A DNA stretch of 64,000 nucleotides, taken from assembly GCA_000320545.1 (NCBI GenBank), contig ADNK01001325.1:1-64000 (forward strand). Direction: 5' to 3'. A program made the translations under genes and the position numbers. Of this stretch, positions 37,249 through 51,024 are shown one piece after another. Each line of letters begins with the position of its first letter. The first letter of the stretch is position 1. Source of the stretch: Bigelowiella natans CCMP2755. Taxonomy: Eukaryota > Protista > Cercozoa. Below the pieces are notes generated by a model, which saw only the letters and a program-made list of their open reading frames with translations, was not told the origin of the DNA and made no database searches.

Positions 37249-39015
37249 CTGATGGGCGAATTGGTGAAATAGAAACTATAATGCTACTGTGATATGGGCG
37301 AATTGGTGAAGAAATAGAAACTATGATGCTACTACTTTTAAATAATCCCTTCTTCCTAACCTTCTTCTATGAGTACAACAATCCAAAAATATACAACAAT
37401 AAAAGGTCGACGTGATGATAGTGTATCGAAAGGCGAAGTTGCAGGTAATAATCAAGAGGAAGAACGCTTTGTTAGAAATATTACAAGATTTTTGTAGTTT
37501 GTAACTCTACTACTACTACTACTACTACTACTACGCGTTATTTTCTTGATAAGGGGAGTCTATGATGACAGTAATAGTGTTAGTAGTAGTAGTTAATTGT
37601 TTAATAATTGTTCTTCACGGCTGCTTACATTGTTTAATCATTGTTCTTCACAGGGCTTACATGTGAGAAGGCCTAAAGGCAGGGAAATGGCACACCCCAT
37701 TGTAGCAAATTCCTCGGTCGGTCGGTCGGTTATTCAGTCGTGATCATTATAAGGAATATTGTTATTATAATTATATTTATTGATTGTTCATTGTAGTTAG
37801 ATGTGTCCCTCTTCGTCTGTTTGCCATAGGCAAAAGGCGAAGAGGAATAACCCTCTTGTTGTTGATGATGATAACTTTGGTAATATTGTGGCGCTGTTGT
37901 TGTATATGTTGTTCTTGTATCATGATCATCATCATTAACTATCATAGTTTCCTATCCACATATCGTTTGAGTTCTGGGATGAGCTTCCTCCCTCCACACG
38001 CGAAAGTAGTAGTAGTTGTAGTAAGAATAAGGCAGCACCAGCAGCACCAGCAGTAGCACCAGGCAATACAAGAGGCACAGCAGCAGCAGCACCACCACCA
38101 CCACAAAATGATCCTCATTATCCTCCTCCTCCTCCTCCTCCTCCTCCTCGATGTGCTGCGCTTGGTCTGCCTTACCCCTATCAACCGGGTGAGAGGAAAC
38201 CAAAAGCTGTTGTTGCAATACACCGCAGTCACGGTACACTACTACTGCTACAACTACAACTGCTGATCCTTTTATTATAATAACAATGTGCTTAACAATA
38301 ATAGCTACTGCTTTGAACAACGATAGAGTAGGATAATGCCAACTACTACGATAAAGTAGAGAAATAGTAACCGATCATGCATCATCCTGGTGTTTTCAGA
38401 GAACGTATTCAATCCACTTCTGCTAATATTGCATTGTCAAAAAAAGTCACCCGCATATAGGTGCTACTGCTGCTGCTTTTGTTGTCGTCGTCACTGTCTC
38501 TCTGTCTGTTAATCTGTCTGTTGTCACTTCTTTCACGTATATTAATCATCGCATTCTCTATCATTATTGCTTTCATCATTGTTCATAGATAACGTTACCC
38601 ATGCACCCATGGCTTACACGAGGGACTTATGTCCGATAAATCTTGTGCACGCCGTAACGTACGATTACTCTTCAACTCTAGTAGTAGTAGTAGTTGTAGT
38701 AGTAGGTAGTAGTAGTAGTAGTAGTAGTAGTAGTATTTAGTAGCAATGTAGAATTACAACTTTTTCAAGTATAGTAGTAGCTACAGTAGCAGCATCACCA
38801 ACATCAGTACATACGACGACGATGTTGTGCTGCTACTGCTTCTGCTGTTCACACAAGGAGGACCAAATGCTTTAAAGAAACAAGCAAAATACTGTTGTGA
38901 AAACTGCCGCCTTACAATTCAAACAATGCGTCCTTCAAATTCTCCTGATGCTGCCTCTGCTACTACTACTTCCACCGCTACTGCTACTGCTGCTAATGTT
39001 TATTTTAAGTGTTAA
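35088..39015 (+). CDS. tRNA-splicing endonuclease Sen54-like protein in micro-exons; boundaries uncertain
   Basis: Adjacent exons (36061-36106, 36311-36350, 36609-36658) give GKLLEGMGHRIGNRR|VLFPEEAFFLIERG|LMGCVAEDGALMSIDD. This resembles the Sen54 N-terminal G...MG...L.PEEALYL.E.G motif. A later exon encodes GLHVRRPK. Confidence 0.55.
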
Positions 39016-39261
39016 GAAGTAATAGTAGTAGTAGTAGTAGTAGTAGTAGTCTTGAGTGACGATGAGTATTACTAAAACATCAACTAGCTGGCAATTCATT
39101 ATGATCGTTGTCTCTGAAAGATATAGAAAGACGGCAATTTTATCAACGTTTTTGCGGTCTCCATCGTCTTTATCTTTCTACAAGAGCACTGGAAGAGATC
39201 ATGAAGATTGAATAGATATATTTGTCAGTGAATGCTAATTTTAGTGCTAATGGTTTTGCAG

Positions 39262-40117
39262 AACGAACGAAGACGCCCATTTCTTGGAGTTTCACAACTC
39301 TAATATAATGAAATATCTGGTGGGCCTCCTTACACGTATAAAAATTCATCTTATTATTGCGTAAACTAGGTTCTCATCATGTGAATATGCTTAATCTCAA
39401 CACTTACTTATTTGATGATGATGATGATGATGATGATCATCTGCCTTGTTTTTCTTTTATTCGTGCTGGGGACAGGGGCAGCAAGCGTCGTCGTCGTCGC
39501 AATACAAGTCTCAGCAGCAGCAGCAGCAACAACAGGCTCTCGATAGTCTTGTTCGAGATCGTGTTTCAGAGGACAAACAGCTGATAGAATAGTAAACTTG
39601 ATTATCTTCAGTTTCATAAGAAGAAGAAAAAAAAAAGGAAGAAGAAGAAGAAATTTTATTTTCCATCATACGTCTGAAGGATTGCTTCAACGGCTCAATT
39701 TATGTGCTGACTCTCTCTGTGTGTATATATATGTGTGTGTGTGTGTGTGTTTCAGCGAGGAGGACGATAACTATGACATCTTCAAACCTCGGTAAATATT
39801 ACCTCGGTTACACAACTATAGACGAATGTTTATACAAAAATTTTACATGGTGTCTCCGATTTTGTGAAGATTAGAGAACCGATTGTTGATGAGCTTTGAT
39901 ACTGTTACTTTCTCTGTGATCGATCGACAGCACCAAATGGCCACCAGATCCTGAGGAGTGCCACCCCGATTTTCCGAACATTCCGTATAAGAAACCTGGT
40001 GAGCCGTATTACAAATACGGTTCGGAAAAGGAAACGAAAGCTTTTTTAAGTGCTTTACGAGACGGTCTTACATGGGATTCTTACGGAAAAAAAAGGCATG
40101 ATGATGTCGCAAGATGA
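39262..40117 (+). CDS. 3' exons of an uncharacterised gene (may belong to the upstream gene)
   Basis: AG/GT-bounded exons EEDDNYDIFKPR|TKWPPDPEECHPDFPNIPYKKPGEPYYKYG...VAR*. Confidence 0.45.
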
Positions 40118-40162
40118 AATACATATGAGGACCGTCTATATCGTATTCGATATCATTGCTGC

Positions 40163-40204
<42 letters not shown>

Positions 40205-40205
<1 letters not shown>

Positions 40206-40315
40206 CAAATAGATATAACATAAGCTTTGTAGCCGCAGCATTGCACAGCCTCATTAGGATGGATGACATCACTGAAAAGATTTAATCAACTCATTACATC
40301 CGTCTTACATGAGTA
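40205..40315 (+). repeat. Dispersed repeat family member (others at about 32381-32490, 32640-32735 and 50135-50270)
   Basis: Shared core tgtagcc..gcWgcWttgca...catYaggatga....tgaaaagattt..tca...acatc. Confidence 0.7.
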
Positions 40316-41176
40316 CACAAGCATGTGTGCTAGCGTGTGTGCACATGCATGTGCTGTGGATGTAACGAATGAACAAAATGCGTTTTGTCAACAGTCATCC
40401 TTATGGGTACATGTTCATGTGCATGAGACGCATGGATGAGGGCACAAGAGTGTTGGCTGCGCGCAACCAATGGAACTCGAACACTGGGGCGGAGCAGTCG
40501 AATCCAGCAGCAAATTGCTGGATTGCAGCAGACTAGCAGAGCTCTAGAGCTGGTCAACACATGCAAATGTCAAGTGTCGATACGCTGTTGCATTGCTAGA
40601 TTGGAGGCACATCAGAGGCATGTTCGAGGGGCCATTCTCCTGGAGCAATCTAGCAATTTTCAGCTTCAAGCACCGCGCGGTCAAGCTGGCATGCTGGTAT
40701 GCGCTCTAGCTCTACCGCTAAATGCATATCACGGGCACCAAAATCACTGCTCGAGCACATCATGATCAAATGAAAAATTTTAGATTTCGATCATGATGGG
40801 AAAAGTTATGAAATTAAATTGCATCTGTCTAGCTGTGGGCTCAATTCCCGCCAGCTCTAGAGCTGTGCGCGTAGGATAAACTATCAGGCTAGCAAGCTTG
40901 CATACGCATGCATTCCACACTCAATCGCGTCGCCCTAGCTAGCTAGTGCTACGCTGATGAGAAATATTGGCGTGGGGCACACGCCACGGGTCAGATGTAC
41001 CGCGCATGTTAGATTTAAACACACGCCATGCAGTGTGTCATCATTGTGCATGATGTCTGTGCTGCTACACGCTACGACAAACGAGCGTCGGCAGAGGCGT
41101 CGCTAAGCGAATAGATTATCCGATATGGTCGAACAACGTCGACGATCCATCATTTTGTGCGAAGTATGTCTTTCAG

Positions 41177-41721
41177 TTAGGCGTGACGTGTTCCTTCTTT
41201 TGGACACTCGACTTGAACCATACACAACCCGTCGCTGCGTTTGTTGAAATTGCCTGACCAAATTGTGGAATCATCACTCAAGTTAGTCTTCAGATTTCAT
41301 AGCCATCCTTATTGTCATGACCTATATGTGTATCCATCCGGCCTTAAGCATTCATTTTCCATCTTACGCATTAATGAGACCACAAGGTCCATTCTAGAAA
41401 TGAACCAGATAATTATTACTCCAGTAAAATTACGATAACACTCTCTTAAAATCTTACCTTCTTGCTTTTCCACAAGCACTGTATAGCAACAATAGACATA
41501 TGTAGACATGTAGATTTATTTAGATAAGGATAATTTGACAGAAGACGATGATGAAGAAGAAGAAAAAGTTTCATAAGTAGGAAAAACAAAATTGATTCAT
41601 ATACCGTAGCTTGATGTATCATCGGCTTAACATTGACGACAATCAAAATTATGACTCTCGTCTAAAACCATTTGAGTTGTAAACGATTTAGCGGGTAACA
41701 TGTATTTAGTGCTAGTAGTGC

Positions 41722-41753
<32 letters not shown>

Positions 41754-42947
41754 CCTAATGGCAGAATTAAAAATTCGCACCGTTGGATTGACGTCGTTTG
41801 CGGTTCCCTCATGAGAGTCATACATAGCGTGCAAAATATCCTGAAGAACAAATGATAGGTTTCATCGCTTCTTTTTCACAGTTAAAGTAGTAAATACTGC
41901 ACACACACGATATGAAAATGTATTGGAGGAAGAAACTACCATAGCAAATCTCCATTGAGCAGCTTCTTCACTTATAGACATAAGACGAGTGTAGGTTGTT
42001 AAGTCGCGGGGGACCTAAATTCAGGAAAAATCAGCCAGATTATAACAGTAAGTAGCGGTGCCAACGTGAATGTTGTTGTTGTTGATGTTGATGATGATGA
42101 TGATGATGATGGTAATGATGGCGGTGGTGGTGGGTGTTTGTCGATATAGACAACACCAAGGTGATGTTCTCTATCATTGGATTAAAGAATACTGAGATCA
42201 TAACCATCCCAACATAAAGATGAGCACCTTATCTTTCCTCATACGTGCAAACGCCCTCAGAGATTTCATCCAATACTTCTTCTGTCGAAATGCAGTGAGC
42301 TGTCAAGTAAAAACAATTGTTAAAATAGCACAGGTCGTCATAATCTTCAATCAATGGAAGGGCTACACGAGTCGTCAAGGGGGATAACAAGTAAATAATA
42401 CAGCACGATGGTTTACTACTTACCAGGGTGTTGTAAGCCAGAGTGTTTGGTTTCAAAACTGTATTGTTGGTCGCCATCCCCTCTTTTTTCATTTTGTTGA
42501 AGATTTGTATTGCTTGTAAGGATTGGTTAGCCCTTGTCATTGCACACATCACCGTGGTGTATGAAACAACATCTGGTTGGACTGATTGGTTCATTTAATG
42601 ATTGATTGATTAATATATTGAGTGAATAAATAAAGACTGCGCTGCTGCTTGCAAACATTGCTCGTTACAATATCATCGCATCTTCAAATCATCCATGAAA
42701 GATAAACGACTAGAGAAAAAATTACACGCATTACAATGTTTATCTCGCTGGAACTCGTGTAGTAGGTTTAATGCTTGCTCCCAGGTGTGAGCATGGGCAT
42801 GGGCGCTCAGCATGACATTATACACAACAGTTGTGCGATGTATTCCAGAAGAAGAAGAAGACTCCATGCTCTCAAAAATCTGACGTGTTGATGTTGAATT
42901 AAATGAAGCAATAAATACTCGCATTTAAGAAGCAGAGCTGACTCATA

Positions 42948-42989
<42 letters not shown>

Positions 42990-44700
42990 AAATATATTAT
43001 CTCAACCCTTTTGACTAATCCAATTGCTTAGACATAGCAATAGTGGAAGAAGAAGAACTTATGCGAGCACAGAACAACTTTCTCGATTTCGTTGGATTTA
43101 TGATCCTTACAATAGCTTCTACCAATGAAACGAAACGACGATAACATTCACAATACTACTACTACTACTACTACTCCTATTCCTACTACTGCTACTTTTA
43201 GTTGTTGATTTCCTTTTTCAGAAGCAGTTTCATTATCACCATTATCACTATGATCATCACCATCATCACCTGAGATGCCTTCCTGACTTGTCCTGCTCTT
43301 GCGAGGGCTGTAAGGATGTATTTGAAGGTATGTAAGTCTGGCCTGACAGAAGTCCTTCTCATGTGCGACCACGTTATCAAAGCCTTGGTCCAATTGCCCT
43401 TGCAACGATAAGTAAAACAACATCAAAGAAGAAGAACAAGATGTTATTAAGAATCTATCAAGTGAGTAGCAGTAGTAGTAGTAGTAGTAGTACATTTGAA
43501 TTAGTAATGGGTGGTTGCAAATTTCTGATTATTCGAAGATGATATTAAAAAAGTTGTAATAATATATCACGCACTACAAGATCTATCAATACGTTTTCTG
43601 CCAATTGCCGTATTTGGTTGTTGTACTGCAGAGTAGTTGTCTTTATTATTCTCTTTTTATTATTCTCTTTATTGTCCACGTGGTCGTGATAATCTTGTGC
43701 TTTTATTGTTCCTCTGTGGCGAGGAGGGGGAGAAGGAGAAGGTATTATGACATTATCTTCTGATTCTCCATCATATAGCGGCGGTGCTACTTCTTCAGCT
43801 CGAAAACCACGGCTGCCTCTGCCACTACGACTAACGTCAGCAGCTTGATGATGATGATGATGTTGCTCTTTTTGCTGCCAGTGCCGGTGTGTTGATGCTG
43901 TTTCTGCCTCCGCTATATATGGGTGTTGTTGTTGTAATATTCCAGTAACCACTAACCCCTTCCCTTTCCTTTGTTGCTCTTGTTGTTCTTTAAAACATTC
44001 TATCATGGCTAAAGCTGGGTGAGTAGTAATCTGAGTTATGAAATGCAGTAGTAACTAATTGCTTCCTTGTATAATTATTCTCTTGTATTGATTCTATTGG
44101 GATTTATTTTGCTGTTTTTATCGTCTTCATTACCATATATACATAATATGTGCACACCAAGAATGTGAAAATAATCTCTTCTTTCTTCATCCTTTTCATA
44201 ATACATCTACCTGTTCACAATCTTCTTCATTTTCTTTGTAATCTGCAGAATTGAGTAGAGGGTTCTTTGTTTTCTTCCGGCTGCGATTTCTGTGTTAGTT
44301 GGTGTTGACATTATTCAAGGTTTTCAGGCCTAGTTTGTTACGTATCTTCAACTTCAAGGTTCAGAAGTAGTAGTAGTAGTAGTAGTAGTAGTTACATGCT
44401 TGATATCTGCCTATGACCACCTACCTTTTTATCATAAACTCACCATCAGCGGTGCCTCTCTCGTGAGATTTGTACAAATGACTATCCAGACTCAACGGTG
44501 GTTTAGCATGGCAGGAGGAAGGAGAAAGACAAGAAAGTAATTGGAGAACGAAGAGGGATACCACAATCGCCATTAAACCATTCACTGCGGTCTGCTTGGA
44601 AACCTCGTTGTGGAGGCTTGCTGCTTGGCTTAAAGATGTTTATGGGATTGTTATCATCTGCCGACCCTCCTTTGACAGTTTTATATTCGTTAGGCATGCA
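41177..44700 (-). CDS. Pentatricopeptide repeat (PPR) protein, multi-exon; ends approximate
   Basis: PPR motifs VRPDLHTFKYILTALARAGQ, TTVVYNVMLSAHAHAHTWEQALNLL, PDVVSYTTVMCAMTRANQSLQAIQIFNKMKKEG, PNTLAYNTL and LRPDGYTY. Confidence 0.85.
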
Positions 44701-44716
44701 GGTCACCTCATCACAA

Positions 44717-44762
<46 letters not shown>

Positions 44763-44894
44763 TCTCTCTCTGCAAGACACAAATGCGAAAAATTAAACAG
44801 TACTGTCATGACCTAACTACGATCAGAAGTGCGTGTTTGGTTGACGACAGTTGGGGTGATCTTCTCCATTTGTTCTGTTTCCGTCCTCAGCTTA

Positions 44895-44942
44895 GTGAAG
44901 TCGCATCCTTGACTGCTCTTCGAGCACAAGATGCTTCCATTC

Positions 44943-45018
<76 letters not shown>

Positions 45019-45650
45019 CTTTGTTTTTCCGAAACACTTGTTGTCGAAACAAAGTGTGATTTGATCTGCAAAATTGATCCACTGAAAATTGCCCCAAAAA
45101 AATCAGACTGTCCTCCAACGCAAATTGGTCACCTGCAAACGCTTGCCCCCCACAAATCCACAACCGCATCCCACTCCAATCAAGGAACAAAGAGAACAAA
45201 TCTCCAACCATGGGCAGTTGAGGATGCGATCTGCTTGACTGACCAACGTTCTTGTGATTTGCTCAGGGTGTCGCAAAACTCCAATGTGCCAGTGTGAACT
45301 GTGAAGTCCCGGTGCGTGCAACAAGCTGACCAACGTGTGCACAATTCGTGCTGAGCACGCGTCTTTTTCCTGTGAATGTCCGCTTGAGACAGCTGCATGT
45401 TTGATTTGGTTTGGTTTGAAGTGATTCTGACACTTTTGAACACTTGTTTTCAAATGCCAAGTGCTTGCAAACCACCATTCGCTAGTTCGATTTGCTCAAA
45501 TGCCACTCGAAATCTCCACAAGCGGCATTTGATTTGAACAAACACATGGAATTGTGCACGATCTAGCTAGCTAGCGATGCCTGCGCCACGCTAGCACGCC
45601 ACGGTGAAACGCTGAACCTTCAGTTCGAGCTAGCTTCGCTTGATGGCTGT
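44895..45650. other. TpA-depleted hypermutated domain
   Basis: No TpA seen outside CTAG. Includes a long (GTT)n tract. Confidence 0.85.
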
Positions 45651-46034
45651 CAGTATAGCTTGGCATCAAATTCAAATGAAGCACATCGTGTTGCTTAGTT
45701 GCGCACAGCGTTTTGCCGCAGTGCAGCTTGGGTGTCGCACCAGTGGCACGGCATTTTTTTTTTGGGCCACCACTAACCACTAACTAGCGCTTGTTCTAGC
45801 TGCTACCGCGGGCTGTGCTACGGCGCACCTGGGCGACTGTGGCTAAGTACGTGCATGTTTTCATGCATTTGTGCAACATCATGATTGGTCATCATCACAA
45901 CTGTGCCCCCCCTTGCTATGACAAGTGACATGTTCCAAAATTGGTGCATCATCTTACAAGTTGTGAATACTACATGCGGAGCATGCCGCTACCTAGCGAC
46001 GGGGACTCTTTTTTGTCTTCTTCATCCTTCCATA

Positions 46035-46124
46035 CCTTAATGCAAATGTACGGAATGAGCATCGTTGATATCGTCATCGTCCTTCACAATCAACTCGTTG
46101 ACATTAAAATTACATAGACAGATT

Positions 46125-46165
<41 letters not shown>

Positions 46166-46166
46166 A

Positions 46167-46210
<44 letters not shown>

Positions 46211-47769
46211 TATATAATATACACGTGACATGCTAACCTGAGAATTTCTTGGCACATTTTTTGGCATATTTGAAGGTCTAAAACAGTGTCACAAGACTTT
46301 GTTGTGAATGAAGAGGTTGAAATTGATTCTGCATACTCGCCGAAGCCTTTTAACTTCAGGACCTAATGACGTATTTGCATTCTTTTCAATTGCCAGGGTA
46401 GTAGTTAATGGTACTGCTCCACCTACCTCACAAAAAGAACGGCTTCCAGTTAAATTTAATATCGTATTTAACAAATCCATCCTAAGTATATTGATAATCA
46501 ACTTTCAAGGTCAACGATTTTCAAGAGAAGGAAACATCGTCTGTTATCATGTCGACCACAGCTATCAAAAGTACCAATTTATCTGACATTTTTTTAAAGT
46601 TTAACTTTAGCTAGTTCTCTATGACGTACACAACTCCTGGAGTTTGTCTTGACAACGGAAATCGAAGGAGTTGAATAAGAGCGACAGCAAGCCCCCCCGT
46701 AGGACCTACTAACGCGCGACAAAAAGGTCTTGGACCCTCAGATAGAACGCGTAGTAATGCCGACGCTTCTGCTAACTGAGACTTGGTTTCGGTTGCGCCA
46801 AACACTTCGATAAGCACAGGACCAAAATGTAAAGTAGCTGATGATAACGATGTCATTAAAGGATCAGTAGTCCAAAAAATGGGTTGGCAGTTGCAACAGT
46901 GACTGTTTCTTCGATCATCAATATCACCACCATCATCATCATCATCCGATACCCAAAAAAAGAGCTGCAACCTGCATCATCATAGAATTTTGAATGGCAG
47001 GAGAGAAGCCTGAGTAGCCTCAACGAAAAAAAAAGCAACGGGTCTCTTGTTCGACACACTGAAATTAATACCTGATGATGATGAAATGTATTACTGTGCT
47101 GGAAATATAGAAAAAAGTATCGATACCTTCAAAACAAAATATTCGAGAGACATAATCTTCAAGTTACCTTCATTAGTCGTTTATCGTACACATCATGTAC
47201 CATGTGCTTGTATTCCCTGAAAATGAGATAATAAGGTATGTTGGATGCTTCCAGGGAAAACGCATCAACTTCTACCTGAAATCTTGACAGTCGCACATCA
47301 TTTTTGCCAGTTTGAAGATATGCACAAAAACTTGCATATTTCTTGATGGCTTTGAGTCGCAGATCTTTGTAAACAATTTGTGAATGCATCTCAACATAAA
47401 TGTACGCAAATCTTCGGAAGTTTAGCTGTGTCACAAATCTCGACTAAGCTACGTGTCCGCGACTCTAAGTATGTTCATAAGTTTCCGGGTTGATACCAAG
47501 AGAGCAATCGTCGCTGCTTCCGAAAGAGCTGGTTCATCTTCGAGTGCCTTCTTGTCATATTTGTGAGGGCTCCATGCAGCATGACCGACAAACTTTACTT
47601 CCCTTTTTTCAGGTATCTTCTCCGATATCCAACGTTGCTCTTGATTAGATCTCTGCATCGATCCTGTGAGGCCAGTATTTCCGGTAGAGGACGATGACTG
47701 GAGGCGGGCTGGAGATGGTTTAACGAAGGAATCTGAATGAAGGAACTTGACTGAAGACGGCGTGGTCAT
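46035..47769 (-). CDS. Uncharacterised, probably alpha-helical (ARM-like) protein, multi-exon
   Basis: Chain of minus-strand ORF segments separated by short GT-AG introns, with Leu-rich amphipathic helices. No diagnostic motif. Confidence 0.55.
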
Positions 47770-48626
47770 CGTCAGCACGTTTTTCTTGTTCTGTTATTTG
47801 GAGGAAACAGCTTTTCCCAATGGCTAAACTTAACTTGTTCTGTCCCTAAGTTTGATAATTATAGCAGCCAAGGTTTGTGCCCTCGTGCTCTTCTATCCAC
47901 TATTAGGGAGCAGCATGTAGTCCAGGTTCGTTTCAATTTCTAGAGTAGTGAATTCTCGAGAGTTAGTTAGTTAGTTACGTGATGAGAGTCCGCCTGCGAT
48001 CGTACAGCAGCAACAGCAGCAGGAGGAGGAGGTCACATCATTATGATCGATGTTGAATTTACAGTGTCGTTGTTGTTGTAGTTGTTGTTGTTGTTGTTGT
48101 AGTTGTTGTTGTTGTTGTTGTTACATGATAGATAGATGTAGGATCGCAGTAGTAAGTAGTAGCAGTAAGAAGTAGAATTACTTGGGTGAAAAAAGAAGTC
48201 AAGGATAAGAAAAGAACTAGATGTTGGATCACAGTAGGAAGTAGTAGATCTAGATTATTAGTTTTAGTAGATAGATGTAGTACGAAGTAGTAGGAAATAG
48301 GATAGGTAGGAAGCCTCTTGCAAATATTTGGGACAAACTGCAGATTATTATTGTCTGAACAAGAAAGCATAAAAGCAGCACCGGTAGATCTAGGACTCCT
48401 TTTAAAATAATGTTACATGTCGCTTGTGTCGCTTCAGAAATTTACCAGCTGAAATCATTGTAAGTTTAGTACCGACAAGAGGGGGTACCACAAGAACAAA
48501 ATACGATTTAGAGTCATTGTTTTGTTACCGCAAGTCTAAATTACAAGCTAAACGTAAAAATGGAAAAAACACGTGCCAAAAAGATATATCTTAACGGGAT
48601 TGTGAAAATCCAATCCTCTATTCGCA

Positions 48627-49393
48627 ATGCTAAACCTCTTATCATCATGCATTCTCCTACTCGTAAGCAGTAACGTGGCCCATGCAAACATACAGTTTTC
48701 TCGATCTGTTGACCAACTAGAGCAAGGAAACTCTGCAACAGTAACCCTTGACCAAGGATGCTCGTCCACGGATGACTACGGCTCAAACGATTGCGCCCTT
48801 TCATGGGGAACTAACTACACGGTTTTCACGCCATTCTCTTTACATCACAATCAAGTTTAAAATATATTTTGTACAGGCAACGATCAAAGCACATATCTCT
48901 GAGGTTAGAGTGCAAGGATAAAATGTCTGTTGTATGCTGAAAATAGCTTTCTTATAGGTTCTCATGGGAAATTCCAGCTTCAGCGTTGATATGAAGGTGG
49001 ACGGCATCATCCCTTTCAAGTTCACTTGCCCTGTTTGTGGAACCACTTGTACGGTCACTATCCCTATCGTCAAACAAACGGTAGAAGAGAATTAAGTACT
49101 GTAAATGAAAGAATCTGACATGGATTTCTTCTGGCACAGACATCATTCCAATTGCCAGACTGTCCCGTGACCGGAGATTTTAACCTGGTTGAACCCATTG
49201 CATTGCCATCAAAAAGTCCAATCGGTGTTTCGTCAGGCGCGAAGGGTGAGAAGTTGTTGTTTGTGTAAAAAACCGTTTCCTTCACATAGATCATCCAGGT
49301 ACAGTTCAAGTGACAAATGGAGCTGGGACCGTGGTTGCCCATGTGACAGTAGATGCTACTCTTAAACCTTCATTCAACTCTGAAGAGCTTTAA
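48627..49393 (+). CDS. Secreted/ER beta-sandwich protein, ML (MD-2/NPC2)-like, 5 exons
   Basis: Signal peptide MLNLLSSCILLLVSS. Spliced product includes VDMKVDGIIPFKFTCPVCG, LPDCPV and IALPSKSP, and ends SEEL*. Confidence 0.7.
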
Positions 49394-51024
49394 GTGAAGA
49401 AATGGATAAATTTAACAAAACCCATGAAATCATGGTAGGTTGCTTCCATGCGGCATTTGATCCTACCTCTTAGGGGTGCTGACATCGCGCAATATTTGGA
49501 TATAGAAACAAAATCGTGCCCAGTTTGTCTCAAATTATTGTCTATCGATGGTGCATACATTTCCCCTTCAATGTAGTCTGTACTTAATTCGTACAATCGT
49601 GCCTGACACTGCGTTTCACATACATGTAGACATCCATGATGTATGGGCGTAGTGCGTGTTACTTGTGTACGATATGGATAGCAATGGTAGGTGCAAACGC
49701 GCGCGCAGAATTTTGATTCAAAACGCCGAGGCGTGGCGCGCACAAGCGGCGCGTGGTGCGGGGCAGCGCGGGGCAAGGGGACATCGAGCAGAAGTCTAGA
49801 AGTCGCACCTCGGGGGGCGAAAAAAAAATGCGAATGAAAAAAAATTCAACTGTGCCAAAAGTTTCCAAAGCTAGAAAGGACCCCTGCTTGAAATCTGAAT
49901 CGAGTTTGCGCGAAAAAAATGCGCACGTCATTTTTTTTTTTCAATTTTCGTGAAGTTGTGACCGGTTTATTGCCTGGATGTGCATGACTTACCTGATGGA
50001 GAATCGTCAGATGCGCAGCGAAAACGAACGCTCGCGCACGGGCGGCATGTTGCGGGCGCACATTCGCGCACACCATCGCAATGTTGACAATTTCACATGC
50101 AAACAAAACATGAATGACATCGCAGTAGTCAGAAACAAATGGGCACACACAACATCAGCGCTGTAGCCACATGCAGCATTGCACAGCTGCTACACAAGTG
50201 TGCACATTGAGATGTGCAAGATGCATTGAAAAAAGGTTCAGCATTGTCATTTCATCACATCATCATCATCACCTTTTTCTTCAGATGCTACGTAATGATA
50301 CGTAGTCAAGTATTTGACGACGATGAGGATGATGTTTGAGTCTTGTTGTGTGATAAATACTAATGATAATAACGAACCCACGTGTTGTATGTGGTTGTTG
50401 TGCTTGTTGTTTGTTTCCTTCTACTGATGATTCATTTGTAGAGAGACAAAAATACAGCATTGGAAAAACCTAAGTATTTGTGTAATGAGAAGAATGTGCC
50501 CCTCATGCTCATACATGGCAATGAAGGTACTAACTACTATTCAACATTTATCACTTCTTGCTTCTTGTTCTTCTTGCTTCTTGTTCTTCTTCTTCTTGCA
50601 TTTATTTCAAACGAATAAATGACCGGCTAACGGATAACATCATATGAATAAAAAGTAATAGCTATCAGCTGCTACTAAGCGGTCGATCGACCACCACATT
50701 ATTCGAATATCATAATTGCGCTACTTTCTCTCATTGTCATTATTCTCTCCCCACCATGGTAATACAACTACTTCTACTACTACTACTATCCGTCTTTTGT
50801 GTCATTCTAGCATTGCATGATGAGCTGTTGATGCCGACGTATCGTAGTGCGATGGCAAGATGCGCGGAGACAGGCCACAATGAACTTGTTTGGAAGCGCC
50901 ACAAATTCAAAACTGTGCAATGCAACATGTGCATCCGGACAAGTTTAGTTGCTAGCAAAAACTCATCCAATTCACAATTTTCTACATTTGCATTGCGTAT
51001 TCATTAGCAGCAGCTAGCACACCT

